Assembly: GCA_022792945.1 (NCBI GenBank)
Contig: JAAWBZ010000083.1
Span: forward strand, 7,435 to 71,434
Reading direction: 5' to 3'
Source: Oscillospiraceae bacterium
GTDB taxonomy: Bacteria; Bacillota; Clostridia; Oscillospirales; Oscillospiraceae
Length of the DNA: 64,000 nt
The notes beneath the pieces are model-generated. The model made no database searches, had not been told where the DNA came from, and was given only the letters and a program-made list of their open reading frames with translations. The position numbers were made by a program, and so were the translations under genes. This document shows, piece by piece, positions 1 to 9,310 of the stretch (position 1 is its first letter; the number at the start of each line of letters is the position of its first letter).

Positions 1-314
1 TAGAGCGACAGCTCGTCAGGCAGGTCGGTGATGGCGCTGACCAGGGTGTACTCGGCCTTGGTGTAGTTGTCCGCGCGCTTGTAGGCATTGGCCAGGTCGA
101 TGGCCAGTGCCGCATCCTCCGGATAGAGGTCCCAGGCCCGGGCGTACCACCGTACAGCCCGCAGCGGCCGGTCCTGGGCCAGCGCGGCCTCGGCACGGCC
201 TACAAAGAAGCGGCAGGTGAGGTCCGGACGGAACACAAAGAAAAAGAGGGCCGCGCCGGCCAGCAGCGCTGCTGCCAGCACCAGCGGTATCATAATTTTC
301 AGGGCTTTCTTCAT
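1..314 (-). CDS. Membrane-anchored TPR-like protein, 5' part only (runs off window start)
   Basis: Not in the ORF track because it is open-ended. ATG at 314 reads MKKALKIMIPLVLAAALLAGAALFFFVFRPDL...RAVRWYARAWDLYPEDAALAIDLANAYKRADNYTKAEYTL: N-terminal TM segment then TPR-like helices. A consensus promoter lies upstream. Confidence 0.75.
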   Translation of the reverse strand, partial: MKKALKIMIPLVLAAALLAGAALFFFVFRPDLTCRFFVGRAEAALAQDRPLRAVRWYARAWDLYPEDAALAIDLANAYKRADNYTKAEYTLVSAITDLPDELSL

Positions 315-349
315 GGTGAGGCTCCATTCTGATTCGATTCAACCGTTTT

Positions 350-378
350 ATTATACCCACCTGCAGAAACCCTGTCAA
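350..378 (-). promoter_or_regulatory. Sigma-A promoter for the TPR-like gene
   Basis: Minus strand TTGACA (378-373), 17 nt, TATAAT (355-350): perfect consensus. Confidence 0.85.
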
Positions 379-451
379 GTTCCGGCGAAAAAATGCTGCC
401 GGATGGCGAGCGTTGCAATTAGATCACATAGGAAAATAGCGCCATGTGCTC

Positions 452-489
452 AAAAGACCGCCGGCCTCCAAGGGGGGACGGCGGTCTTC
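452..489 (-). terminator. Intrinsic terminator downstream of metF
   Basis: Stem AAGACCGCCG/CGGCGGTCTT ending in a T-run on the minus strand. Confidence 0.75.
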
Positions 490-598
490 AGCCACTGAGG
501 AGTTTTCGCCCTTTTACCTGAAACCTAAAAACCCGGAGCAGGGGCGCTCAACGCCAGGCGCATCCAGTACACTGGCATCGGTTTTTTCAAAATCAAAA

Positions 599-1525
599 TC
601 AGAGGTCAATAATGCCGCTCTCCTTGGCGATCCGGGCGACGTCGTCGTACTTGTTCAGCGCGTACAGGTGGATGCCGTCAATACCGCAGGCGCGGTATTC
701 GTCGATCTGACGGATGGTGTACTCGATGCCGGCCTCCTTGAAATCGGCCTTCTTCTGCTCCACGTTGGCGTCGAAGGGGTCGGAGACGAAGGGGTCGGGG
801 AAGATCCAATGCTTGGAGATCAGCTCGCACAGCTTCCGTGGCATCACGCAGCCGTTGCGGCTGAGGGCCATGTTGATGGTGGCCTTCATGTCCAGGATCG
901 GCATAATGCCCACGTCCACCGGCAGCCAGATGCCCGCGGCGCGGATGGCGTCCAGCCAGTAGCGGAACTGGTCCATATCCCAGCAGAGCTGGGTCATAAT
1001 ATAGTCGGCACCGTTGTCCTGCTTCTGCTTGAGAAAGCCGATGTCAGCCTCCAGGCTGCGGCAGGCGATGTGGCCTTCGGGGGAGCCAGCCACGGCGATG
1101 GTGAATTTGTCCCCGAACTCCTTGCGGACGAACTTGACCAGCTCCGTGGCGTAGTGCAGGTCGCCGCCGGTGCCGGTCCAGCCGAAGGGCAGGTCGCCCC
1201 GGAGGGCCAGCATATGGTCGATGCCGCTGTCCAAATAGGTTTGCAGCTGCTCGCGGATGCCCTCGCGGGTGTTGCCGATGCAGGTGAAGTGGGTGACGGG
1301 GGTGCAGCTGCCGTCGCTGCGGATTTTTTTCATGACCTCCAGGTTTTTGCCCACGTTGGTGCCGCCGGCGCCGTAGGTGCAGGAGATGTAGTCGGGATTC
1401 AGCGTATACAGCTTTTCCAGCACGCCGCCCGCGCCGCACAGCTTGTCCATGCCGGCGTCCGTCTTGGGCGGGAATACCTCAAAGGAGAACACCGCCCGGT
1501 TTTCAAAGATCTCGGTGATTTTCAT
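599..1525 (-). CDS. metF: 5,10-methylenetetrahydrofolate reductase
   Basis: FSFEVFPPK, ISCTYGAGG, HFTC, LALRGD, IMTQL and GIHLYALN motifs; GGAGG SD. Confidence 0.93.
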   Translation of the reverse strand: MKITEIFENRAVFSFEVFPPKTDAGMDKLCGAGGVLEKLYTLNPDYISCTYGAGGTNVGKNLEVMKKIRSDGSCTPVTHFTCIGNTREGIREQLQTYLDSGIDHMLALRGDLPFGWTGTGGDLHYATELVKFVRKEFGDKFTIAVAGSPEGHIACRSLEADIGFLKQKQDNGADYIMTQLCWDMDQFRYWLDAIRAAGIWLPVDVGIMPILDMKATINMALSRNGCVMPRKLCELISKHWIFPDPFVSDPFDANVEQKKADFKEAGIEYTIRQIDEYRACGIDGIHLYALNKYDDVARIAKESGIIDL

Positions 1526-1559
1526 GATACGCCTCCGTAATCAGTATGAATATACGGAT

Positions 1560-1588
1560 ATGATAACCGATTTTCCCCTGCGGCGCAA
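1560..1588 (-). promoter_or_regulatory. Sigma-A promoter for metF
   Basis: Minus strand TTGCGC-17-TATCAT about 35 nt upstream of the ATG. Confidence 0.6.
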
Positions 1589-1764
1589 GGGCGCTTTGGG
1601 CATTTGGATTTTTTTATGAAACTAGCTGAGAAAACTGGCGGAAACGGCGGAAAAGAGTTCTTCTTTTTGTGACAAGTGATGAATTCCGGGCCAGGGGCCG
1701 CGGCAAAAACGTCCGGCATCCGCCTGGCGGGACACAGGACGATGGGGAGCGGCGCGGCCCTGGG

Positions 1765-1968
1765 TCAGGGCTCGGAGGACCAGCGGCCGTCGCACCAGTA
1801 TTCGGTCCGGCAGCCGTCGGCCTCGAAAGTCAGGCGGGCTAAGTAGTTGCGGCGGTCGTACTGGGAGGCCTTGCGGGCCTCGTCCTCGCTCTGGGTGACG
1901 AACACATCCACATAGTCATATCCGCCCTTGGCGGCCTGGACCCGGATGCCCGTCTCGTAATAGGTCAT
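1765..1968 (-). CDS. Small hypothetical protein (67 aa)
   Basis: AAGGAAGG SD, upstream extended -10 TGCTATAAT, coding-like codon usage; family not recognised. Confidence 0.65.
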   Translation of the reverse strand: MTYYETGIRVQAAKGGYDYVDVFVTQSEDEARKASQYDRRNYLARLTFEADGCRTEYWCDGRWSSEP

Positions 1969-2106
1969 GGCGATGTTACAGTCCTTCCTTATGGATTCCC
2001 TGCCATTATAGCATATCCGCCCGGTTTTTTCCAGTGCTTTTGACGGGGGAAATCACGAATCCGTCCGTCCGTTTGCCGCGGCTGGCTGGGATCTCCGTTT
2101 CACCGC

Positions 2107-2135
2107 TTGCCATTTGGGGGAAATGATGATATAGT
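2107..2135 (+). promoter_or_regulatory. Sigma-A promoter for the M50 protease-scpAB operon
   Basis: TTGCCA-17-TATAGT with TGn extension. Confidence 0.7.
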
Positions 2136-2168
2136 AGCTGTAACCACACTACGATTGAGGGGAACGCA

Positions 2169-2858
2169 TTGGACGGTTTGACTTCCTGGCTGCGCCAGCT
2201 GCAATTTGACGGGCTGTTTGAGACGGTGCTGCTGGTGGCGGCGTCGCTGCTGTGCATCACGGTGCACGAGACGTGCCACGGGCTGGCTGCCTACTGGCTG
2301 GGGGACCCCACGGCCAAGCGGGCGGGACGGCTGACGCTCAATCCCATCCGGCACATCGACCTGATGGGACTTTTGATGATGGCCCTGGTGCGCTTCGGCT
2401 GGGCCAAGCCCGTGCCGGTGGATATGCGCTACTTTAAAAATCCCAGGGTCGGCATGGCCGTCACGGCTGCGGCGGGACCGGCGTCCAACGTGCTGCTGGC
2501 GTTTCTCGCGCTGCTGCTGCGGAGCGTTCTGGCATATTTCTGCCTGCGCTGGCCGGAGAGCGCGGTGCTGGAATACCTGCTCCTGTTCACCTGGTATGTG
2601 GCGCTGATTTCGGCGGGCCTGGCGGTGTTCAACCTGTTTCCGGTGCCGCCGCTGGACGGGTCGAAGGTGCTCTTCTCGTTTCTGCCGGACCGGGCGTATC
2701 TGACGCTGATGCGCTACGAGCGCTACGGCATGCTGGCGCTGATGGTCCTGCTGCTCACGGGCCTTCTGGATGCGCCCCTGATCATCCTGCGGGACGGGCT
2801 GATGGCGGGGCTGGAGGCCGTGACCTGGTGGCCGCTGGAGCTGTTATTGGGATTTTGA
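2169..2858 (+). CDS. Site-2 protease family (M50) zinc metalloprotease
   Basis: HETCH (HExxH), AAAGPASN and FNLFPVPPLDG motifs; hydrophobic; TTG start after GAGGGG. Confidence 0.9.
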   Translation: MDGLTSWLRQLQFDGLFETVLLVAASLLCITVHETCHGLAAYWLGDPTAKRAGRLTLNPIRHIDLMGLLMMALVRFGWAKPVPVDMRYFKNPRVGMAVTAAAGPASNVLLAFLALLLRSVLAYFCLRWPESAVLEYLLLFTWYVALISAGLAVFNLFPVPPLDGSKVLFSFLPDRAYLTLMRYERYGMLALMVLLLTGLLDAPLIILRDGLMAGLEAVTWWPLELLLGF

Positions 2859-2859
2859 G

Positions 2860-3651
2860 GTGAATATGGAAGCGCCAAAGTACCATCTGGAGGGTGTGGT
2901 GCACACCAAGGCCGAGACGCCGGAGGATTTCGACGGGCCGCTGGATGTGATCCTGCTGCTCCTGAGCAAGAATAAAATTGAAATTCAGGATATCTCCATT
3001 TCCTCCATCCTGGACCAGTACCTGGCGTATCTGCGCCGATGGGAGCAGCTGGACATGGAGATCGCCAGCGAGTTCATTGCCATGGCCTCGCGGCTGATGT
3101 ATATCAAGACAAAGATGCTCCTTTCCGTCTCCGACCAGGCCGAGGCCCGGTCGGAGATGGAGTCCCTGATCCGCTCCCTGGAGGAGCGGCAGCGGCAGGA
3201 GGCGTACCACCAGATCCAGCTGGCCTGCGAGGTGCTCTCGGGGCGGAACGAGATCGGCCGGGGCGTCTTTACCAAGGGGCCGGAGCCGCTGCGGCAGGAC
3301 CCGGAGTACGCCTACCGCCACGACCAGGAGGATCTGCTCCGGGCCATGGCGGTCCTGGCCGAGCGGGGCGAGCGGGCGCTGCTGCCGCCGGAGAGCCACT
3401 TCGACGGCATCGTGGGCGCGGAGCCGTACCCGGTGGCGGCTAAGGCCGCGGAGGTGCTCAAGGGGCTGATCCGCTCCGGGATGGCCAAGTTCCGCAGCCT
3501 CTTCCGGGGGAACAAGAGCCGCTCGGAGATCGTGGCCACGTTCCTGGCCATTCTGGAGCTGTGCAAGCTGCGCGCGGTGCGCGTGGAGGGCGATGAGGAG
3601 CCCACCGTCACCTATGTGAAAATGCCTGAAAACGCCGGGGAGCCGAGTTAG
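2860..3651 (+). CDS. scpA: Segregation and condensation protein A
   Basis: FDGPLDVILLLL, ASEFIAMA and IVATFLAILEL motifs; next to scpB. The start may be ATG 2866. Confidence 0.93.
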   Translation: MNMEAPKYHLEGVVHTKAETPEDFDGPLDVILLLLSKNKIEIQDISISSILDQYLAYLRRWEQLDMEIASEFIAMASRLMYIKTKMLLSVSDQAEARSEMESLIRSLEERQRQEAYHQIQLACEVLSGRNEIGRGVFTKGPEPLRQDPEYAYRHDQEDLLRAMAVLAERGERALLPPESHFDGIVGAEPYPVAAKAAEVLKGLIRSGMAKFRSLFRGNKSRSEIVATFLAILELCKLRAVRVEGDEEPTVTYVKMPENAGEPS

Positions 3652-3662
3652 GAGGAAGCCCT

Positions 3663-4241
3663 ATGGACAACAGTGATCTGGAGCGGGCGGTAGAGGCCAT
3701 CCTCTTTGCCGCCGGCGAGCCGGTGGGCGCGGTGCGCATGGCCGGGGCCGTGGGGTGCGAGGTGGAGGACATCCACGCTGCCGCACAGCGGATCATGGAC
3801 CGGCTCAGCTTCGCCCGGTCCGGCATCCGGGTGCTGCGGCTGGAGGACGCCTATCAGATGTGCTCCTCGGGGGAGCTGGCTGAGGTGGTCTCCCGGGCGC
3901 TGGAGACAAGAAAGCCTCCCAAGCTCTCGCCCTCCCAGCTGGAAACGCTGACCATCATCGCCTACTACCAGCCCACCACCAAGGCGTACGTGGAGCAGCT
4001 GCGGGGCGTGGACAGCGCCTATTCCGTGGGCGCGCTCCTGACAAAGAAGCTCATTGAGGAGGATGGACGGCTCAACGTGCCGGGACGGCCCATCCTCTAT
4101 AAGACGACGCCGGCATTCCTCCGGACCTTCGGCCTGGAGAGCCTGGAGGATCTGCCGCCCATCGAGAAAGCCGCCGTGGGCGTCCGAGAGGACCAGCAGC
4201 TGCAATTGCAGGATCTGCCGGAGCCGGAGGGCGGATCGTGA
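3663..4241 (+). CDS. scpB: SMC-Scp complex subunit ScpB
   Basis: VEAILFA, LETLTIIAYYQP and GRPILYKTT...FLRTFGLESLEDLP motifs. Confidence 0.95.
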   Translation: MDNSDLERAVEAILFAAGEPVGAVRMAGAVGCEVEDIHAAAQRIMDRLSFARSGIRVLRLEDAYQMCSSGELAEVVSRALETRKPPKLSPSQLETLTIIAYYQPTTKAYVEQLRGVDSAYSVGALLTKKLIEEDGRLNVPGRPILYKTTPAFLRTFGLESLEDLPPIEKAAVGVREDQQLQLQDLPEPEGGS

Positions 4242-4897
4242 TTGCCCTGGGCATTGTGCTGCTGGCGCTGACGCTCATTGGGCTGTGCCCGGTGGGCATC
4301 TGGGTGCAGTTTGACCGGGGGGCGCTGGCACTGCGGGTGAAGGTGGGACCGTTGGGCATCCGGATTCTCCCGAAAAAGCCGTCCCGCGCGGGGAAGCCTC
4401 CCAGTGCAGGGAAGCGGATGCGGCTGGCAAAGGCACAGGCCAGACAGAAGGAAAAATGGGAAAAAAAGTGGGCAAAAACGCAGGCGAGGCTGGAGAAAAA
4501 GGCGCAGAAGCCTGGGAAGAAGCTCGATATTTCTTTTATTCGGTCCCTCATCCCCGTCGGCCTCCGGTTTCTGGGCGGCCTCCGGCGGAAGCTGTACCTG
4601 CCGGAGCTGACGGTATACCTCTGTATGGGCGGTGCGGATGCAGCGGCGCAGGCGGTGGGCTATGGCCGCGCCTGGGCCATCCTGGGGGCGGCGGCGCCGG
4701 TGCTGGAGAATACCTTCCGCATCGGGAAGCGGGACCTCCAGGCGGTGCTGGACTGGTCTGTGACCTCTACAGAGTGCTTTGTGCGGGCGGAGGTCCGCAT
4801 CCGCGTCGGCGGCGTGGTCTATCTGGCGCTGCGGGCGGGCGTAGAATTTTTAAAAGCTATGGCGAAAAATAAGAAAAAGGCGGTGCAAACCACATGA
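4238..4897 (+). CDS. DUF2953 (YtfI-like) protein
   Basis: N-terminal TM, GGADAAAQAVGYG motif; conserved position before ytfJ. Confidence 0.75.
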   Translation: MIALGIVLLALTLIGLCPVGIWVQFDRGALALRVKVGPLGIRILPKKPSRAGKPPSAGKRMRLAKAQARQKEKWEKKWAKTQARLEKKAQKPGKKLDISFIRSLIPVGLRFLGGLRRKLYLPELTVYLCMGGADAAAQAVGYGRAWAILGAAAPVLENTFRIGKRDLQAVLDWSVTSTECFVRAEVRIRVGGVVYLALRAGVEFLKAMAKNKKKAVQTT

Positions 4898-5307
4898 GTC
4901 ATCCTCTTCCCGACATGATCTCCGCGGCCATCGAGAAGGTCCGCGGCGTGGTGGACGTCAACACGTCCATCGGCGATCCCATCACTACCCCCGACGGCCT
5001 GACCGTCATCCCCGTCTCCAGAATCAGCTTCGGCCTTGGCGGCGGCGGCGGCGACTACGTGATGAAGCATCCATCCGCCAACGGGACCAACCCCTTCGGC
5101 GGCGGCTCTGGCGCGGCGGTGACCATCCAGCCCCTGGCGTTCCTGGTCATCAAGGGCGAGAGCGTGCGCCTGCTGCCCATCGCGGAGCCGGCCTCCAGCG
5201 CTCTCGAGCGGCTGGTGGAGCTGGTGCCGGAGGTGCTGGCCAAGCTCTCGTCGCTGAAAAAGGACAAGGAAAAGGACGGGGAAGCGGAGGACGTTTCCGA
5301 AATTTAA
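4894..5307 (+). CDS. ytfJ: GerW/YtfJ family sporulation protein
   Basis: VDVNTSIGDPI, IPVSRISFGLGGGGG and FGGGSGAAVTIQPLAFLVI motifs. Confidence 0.9.
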   Translation: MSHPLPDMISAAIEKVRGVVDVNTSIGDPITTPDGLTVIPVSRISFGLGGGGGDYVMKHPSANGTNPFGGGSGAAVTIQPLAFLVIKGESVRLLPIAEPASSALERLVELVPEVLAKLSSLKKDKEKDGEAEDVSEI

Positions 5308-5349
5308 CGGGTATTGCCCGCCCGGCCCGGTGGAACACTGGGACGGGTG

Positions 5350-6408
5350 ATGAAAATGAAGAAACTGATGCTGCGGGCGGCGGCGGTTTTGGCCGCCGCC
5401 TGCTTGCTGGCGTCCGCCGTTGGAGCTTCGCCAGCGGTGGCGGCCCGGTGCGCCATCCTGGTGGACGCGGACAGCGGGCGGGTGCTCTATGAGAAGGACG
5501 CCGGCCGGCGCTGCCTGATTGCCAGCACCACCAAGATCATGACGGGGCTTCTGATCGCCGAGGAGGGCGGGCTGGAGCGCGCTGTCATCGTGCCGCCGGA
5601 GGCGGCGGGGGTGGAGGGCTCGTCCCTCTATCTCAAGGCCGGGGAGGAGACGACGGTGGAGGCGCTGCTCTATGGCCTGATGCTCCGCTCGGGCAACGAC
5701 GCGGCGGTGGCGCTGGCGGTGGCCTCGGCGGGGAGCGTGGAGGCGTTCGTGGATCGGATGAACCGGCGGGCGGCGGAGCTGGGCTTGGCCGACACCCACT
5801 ATGCCAACCCCAACGGCTTGGACGACGAGGAAAATTATTCCACCGCCCGGGATCTGGCGCGGCTGGCCTGCGCGGCTATGGAAAACCCTGTGCTGCGGCA
5901 GGTGACGTCCACCAAGCGCATCCAGTTCGGCCAGCGGTCCTTCACCAACCACAACAAGCTCCTCTGGCGCTGTGCGGGGACCGTGGGGGTCAAGACCGGC
6001 TATACCAAGGCTGCGGGGCGGCTCCTGGTCAGCGCCGCGGAGCGGTATGGACGGCGGCTGGTGGCCGTGACCATCAACGACCCCCAGGATTGGCGCGACC
6101 ATCAGGCTCTGCTGGAGTTCGGCTTCGCCGCCATGACCCCCGGGAGCTGGGGGGAGGCCGGCGATGCCCTGGGGGCCGTGCCGGTGACCGGCGGCACGGC
6201 CCTGCTGGCCCAGTGCTGCCTGGAAGCGCCGCTGGCCTACGCCCTGCTGGAGGGGGAGACGGCGGCGGTACGGCTGTGCCTGCCGCGGTTCGCTTTCGCG
6301 CCCATTGCGGCGGGGACGCGGGCCGGGACGGCGCAGCTGCTGGTGGACGGCAGGATCGCGGCGGAGGCGCCCATCGTCTGGACCGGGGAGGTCCCGGCCC
6401 TGGAGTAG
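5350..6408 (+). CDS. dacB: D-alanyl-D-alanine carboxypeptidase (peptidase S11, DacB-like)
   Basis: Signal peptide, ASTTK (SxxK), SGN and KTG motifs. Start 5350 or 5356. Confidence 0.88.
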   Translation: MKMKKLMLRAAAVLAAACLLASAVGASPAVAARCAILVDADSGRVLYEKDAGRRCLIASTTKIMTGLLIAEEGGLERAVIVPPEAAGVEGSSLYLKAGEETTVEALLYGLMLRSGNDAAVALAVASAGSVEAFVDRMNRRAAELGLADTHYANPNGLDDEENYSTARDLARLACAAMENPVLRQVTSTKRIQFGQRSFTNHNKLLWRCAGTVGVKTGYTKAAGRLLVSAAERYGRRLVAVTINDPQDWRDHQALLEFGFAAMTPGSWGEAGDALGAVPVTGGTALLAQCCLEAPLAYALLEGETAAVRLCLPRFAFAPIAAGTRAGTAQLLVDGRIAAEAPIVWTGEVPALE

Positions 6409-6417
6409 GAGGATACC

Positions 6418-7125
6418 ATGGAGGAACGGCTGCAAAAGCTGCTCTCCGCCTTTGGGGCGGCGTCCCGGCGGGAGGCGGAGCAGATGATCCGGAACGGGCG
6501 CGTCCGGGTCAACGGCAACACCGCTGCCCTGGGCGACCGGGCCGACCCGGAGACGGACGTGATCGAGGTGGACGGCCGGGCGCTGAAAAAGCGGCCGGCG
6601 GCCGTCTATGTGATGCTCCACAAGCCCCGGGGGTATGTCACCACGCTCCACGACGAGCGGGGCCGGCGGGATGTGGGGCAGCTGGTGGCCGGCTGCGGTG
6701 CGCGGGTGTATCCGGTGGGGCGGCTGGACCTGAACTCCGAGGGTCTGCTGCTGCTGACCAACGACGGCGCGGCGGCCAACCGCCTGGCCCACCCGTCGGG
6801 GCAGGTGGAGAAGGTGTATCTGGCCTGGGTGCAGGACTACCGCCCCGGGGCTGAGGCGGCCCTGCGCCGCCCCATGGAGCTGGACGGCCATCCTCTGCGT
6901 CCGGCCCGGGTGCGCCTGCGCCGCAGCCAGGGGGACTTTGCCCTGCTGGAGGTGCGCATCGGCGAGGGGCGCAACCGCCAGGTGCGCCGGATGTGCGAGG
7001 CCGCGGGCCTGCGTGTCACGCGGCTCAAGCGCATCGCCGAAGGGCGGCTGACGCTGGGGGACCTGCCGGTGGGGCAGTGGCGCTACCTGACAGAGGACGA
7101 GATCGCGTACATACGGAGTATTTGA
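6418..7125 (+). CDS. rluB: rRNA pseudouridine synthase (RluB/RsuA family)
   Basis: S4 domain (ERLQKLL...SRREAE), VGRLD catalytic motif, EGRNRQVRRM. Confidence 0.9.
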   Translation: MEERLQKLLSAFGAASRREAEQMIRNGRVRVNGNTAALGDRADPETDVIEVDGRALKKRPAAVYVMLHKPRGYVTTLHDERGRRDVGQLVAGCGARVYPVGRLDLNSEGLLLLTNDGAAANRLAHPSGQVEKVYLAWVQDYRPGAEAALRRPMELDGHPLRPARVRLRRSQGDFALLEVRIGEGRNRQVRRMCEAAGLRVTRLKRIAEGRLTLGDLPVGQWRYLTEDEIAYIRSI

Positions 7126-7145
7126 TCTGTTTTTTGCATTTTTTC

Positions 7146-7174
7146 TTGCAAAATCCGCCGGTTCGTCGTATGAT
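7146..7174 (+). promoter_or_regulatory. Sigma-A promoter for the rpiR-cmk-ispH operon
   Basis: TTGCAA-17-TATGAT with T-rich upstream DNA. Confidence 0.75.
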
Positions 7175-7218
7175 ATTCCCGTAAGCCCTCCCCCATCGGA
7201 GGGCAGGAGGGAGATACC

Positions 7219-8082
7219 ATGGCCAGCGACATTTTATCGAGGATTCAGAGCGAGCTGCCCGGCTTTTCCAAGGGGCAGAAGCGGATCGCCCAGTATATGA
7301 CCGAATCCTACGACAAGGCGGCATTCATGACCGCCAGCCGCCTGGGAAAAACCGTGGGGGTCAGCGAGTCCACGGTGGTCCGCTTCGCCGTGGAGCTGGG
7401 CTACGACGGCTACCCCAAAATGCAGAAGGCCCTGCAGGAGCTGGTCCGCAACAAGCTGACCGCGGTGCAGCGCATGGAGGTTATCAACGACCTGCTGGGC
7501 AGCCAGGACGTGGTGTCGGCGGTGTTCCAGTCAGACATGGAGAACCTGCGGGCCACCGGGGATGCGCTGGACCGAGGGGCCTTTGACCAGGCGGTGGAGG
7601 CGATTTTGGGCGCGAAAAACGTCTATATCCTGGGGGTGCGTTCGTCGGCGTCCCTGGCGGCGTTTTTCAATTTTTATCTGCGGAATATGCTGGACAACGT
7701 GCGACTGATCGCCTCCAACGCCGTCAGCGAGATGTTTGAGCAGCTGGTGCGGGTGACGCCGGAGGATGTGGTCATCGGCTTCAGCTTTCCGCGGTACTCC
7801 AGCCGCACGGTCAAGGCCATGCAGTTCTGCCGGGACTCCGGCGCGTGCGTGGTGGCTGTCACCGACAGCCTCCAGGCCCCGGCGGCGCAGGTGGCGCAGA
7901 TGGCGCTGATTGCCAAGAGCGATATGGTGTCCATTGTGGACTCCCTGGTGGCGCCGCTGAGCCTCATCAACGCGCTGATCGTGGCCATCGGGCGGAAGCG
8001 GGAGACCGACCTCTCGAAAATCTACGCCAAGCTGGAGCGGATCTGGGAAGAGTATGATGTCTATGAGCGATTGGAAAGCTGA
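7219..8082 (+). CDS. MurR/RpiR family transcriptional regulator
   Basis: HTH VGVSESTVVRFAVELGYDGY followed by an SIS domain (SFPRYS, VTDS). Confidence 0.92.
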   Translation: MASDILSRIQSELPGFSKGQKRIAQYMTESYDKAAFMTASRLGKTVGVSESTVVRFAVELGYDGYPKMQKALQELVRNKLTAVQRMEVINDLLGSQDVVSAVFQSDMENLRATGDALDRGAFDQAVEAILGAKNVYILGVRSSASLAAFFNFYLRNMLDNVRLIASNAVSEMFEQLVRVTPEDVVIGFSFPRYSSRTVKAMQFCRDSGACVVAVTDSLQAPAAQVAQMALIAKSDMVSIVDSLVAPLSLINALIVAIGRKRETDLSKIYAKLERIWEEYDVYERLES

Positions 8083-9310
8083 AATTCTGGTGATCGGCGG
8101 CGGCGCGGCGGGCATGATGGCTGCGGGGACCGCCGCGGAGGCCGGACGGCGGGTGCTCCTGCTGGAGAAGAACGGCCGCCTGGGGAAAAAGCTGGCCATC
8201 ACCGGCAAGGGGCGGTGCAACCTTACCAACCGCTGCGCGCCGGAGGCGGTGCTGCAAAATACCCTGCGCAATCCCCGCTTTCTCAACAGCGCCGTGCGGG
8301 CATTTCCGCCGGAGCAGGTGATGGCGTTTTTTGAGGACCTGGGCTGCGCGCTGAAGGTGGAACGGGGCGAACGGGTATTTCCGGTGTCGGATCGTTCGGC
8401 CTCGGTGGTGGACGCCCTGCGCCGCTGGCTGCGCCGGACCGGTGTGCGCGTGGAGCAGGCGGCGGCGCAGGCGCTGCTGATCCGGAACGGCGCGCTCCGC
8501 GGCGTCCGGACGGACCGGGGCGAGCTGGCGGCGGGGCGGGTGATTCTCTGCACCGGCGGGGTCTCGTACCCGCTGACCGGCTCCACCGGGGACGGCTACC
8601 GGCTGGCCGCGGCGGCGGGGCATACCATCGTGCCGCCCCGCGGTTCCCTGGTGCCCCTGGCGGCCCGGGACGGCGGCTGCGCGGAATTACAGGGGCTGTC
8701 CCTGCGCAACGTGGGCGTGCGCCTGCGGGACGGGAGGGGCAGGGTGGTTTACGAGGACTTTGGGGAGCTGCTGTTCACCCACTTCGGCCTGTCCGGCCCG
8801 ACGATCTTATCCGCCAGCGCCCATCTGGACGGCGGCGGACCGTACACCGTGGAGATCGACCTGAAGCCGGCGCTGGACGAGGGAAAGCTGGATGAGCGCA
8901 TCCTCCGGGATTTCGCGGCGCAGAAGAACCGGGGCTTTGAAAACGCTCTGACCGAGCTGCTGCCCCGGAGCCTGATCCCAGTGGTGGTGCGCCGGACGGG
9001 GGTAGATCCAGCGGCGAAGGTTCATTCGGTGACCCGGGCGCAGCGGCGGGCCTTGCTGGAGCAGCTCAAGCGCTTCACCATTCCCATCGCGGGGCCGCGG
9101 CCGGTGGACGAGGCTATCGTCACCGCCGGCGGCGTCTGCGTCCGGGAGGTGGCGCCGAAAACCATGGCGTCCAAGCGCTGCCGGGGCCTGTACCTGGCAG
9201 GGGAGGTGCTGGATGTGGACGCCTATACCGGCGGCTTTAATTTACAGATCGCCTGGTCCACCGGGCGGGCCGCGGGGAAGGCCGCGAGCTTGGAGGAGGA
9301 GATTTCATGA
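8054..9310 (+). CDS. HI0933/BaiN-like NAD(P)/FAD-dependent oxidoreductase
   Basis: IGGGAAG, ITGKGRCNLTN, LFTHFGLSGP and TGGFNLQIAWSTG motifs. Start may be 8057 or 8063. Confidence 0.92.
   Translation: MMSMSDWKAEILVIGGGAAGMMAAGTAAEAGRRVLLLEKNGRLGKKLAITGKGRCNLTNRCAPEAVLQNTLRNPRFLNSAVRAFPPEQVMAFFEDLGCALKVERGERVFPVSDRSASVVDALRRWLRRTGVRVEQAAAQALLIRNGALRGVRTDRGELAAGRVILCTGGVSYPLTGSTGDGYRLAAAAGHTIVPPRGSLVPLAARDGGCAELQGLSLRNVGVRLRDGRGRVVYEDFGELLFTHFGLSGPTILSASAHLDGGGPYTVEIDLKPALDEGKLDERILRDFAAQKNRGFENALTELLPRSLIPVVVRRTGVDPAAKVHSVTRAQRRALLEQLKRFTIPIAGPRPVDEAIVTAGGVCVREVAPKTMASKRCRGLYLAGEVLDVDAYTGGFNLQIAWSTGRAAGKAASLEEEIS

Noticed and set aside
446-1540. Long + strand ORF opposite metF, and similar long antisense ORFs (4819-6891, 12542-14803, 36310-37803, 55380-56774)
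   Set aside because: Shadow ORFs expected in GC-rich DNA; they mirror well-supported genes and have no SD or recognisable motifs.
1526-1760. SAM riboswitch or T-box upstream of metF
   Set aside because: No S-box or T-box consensus, and the predicted promoter leaves only a ~30-nt leader.
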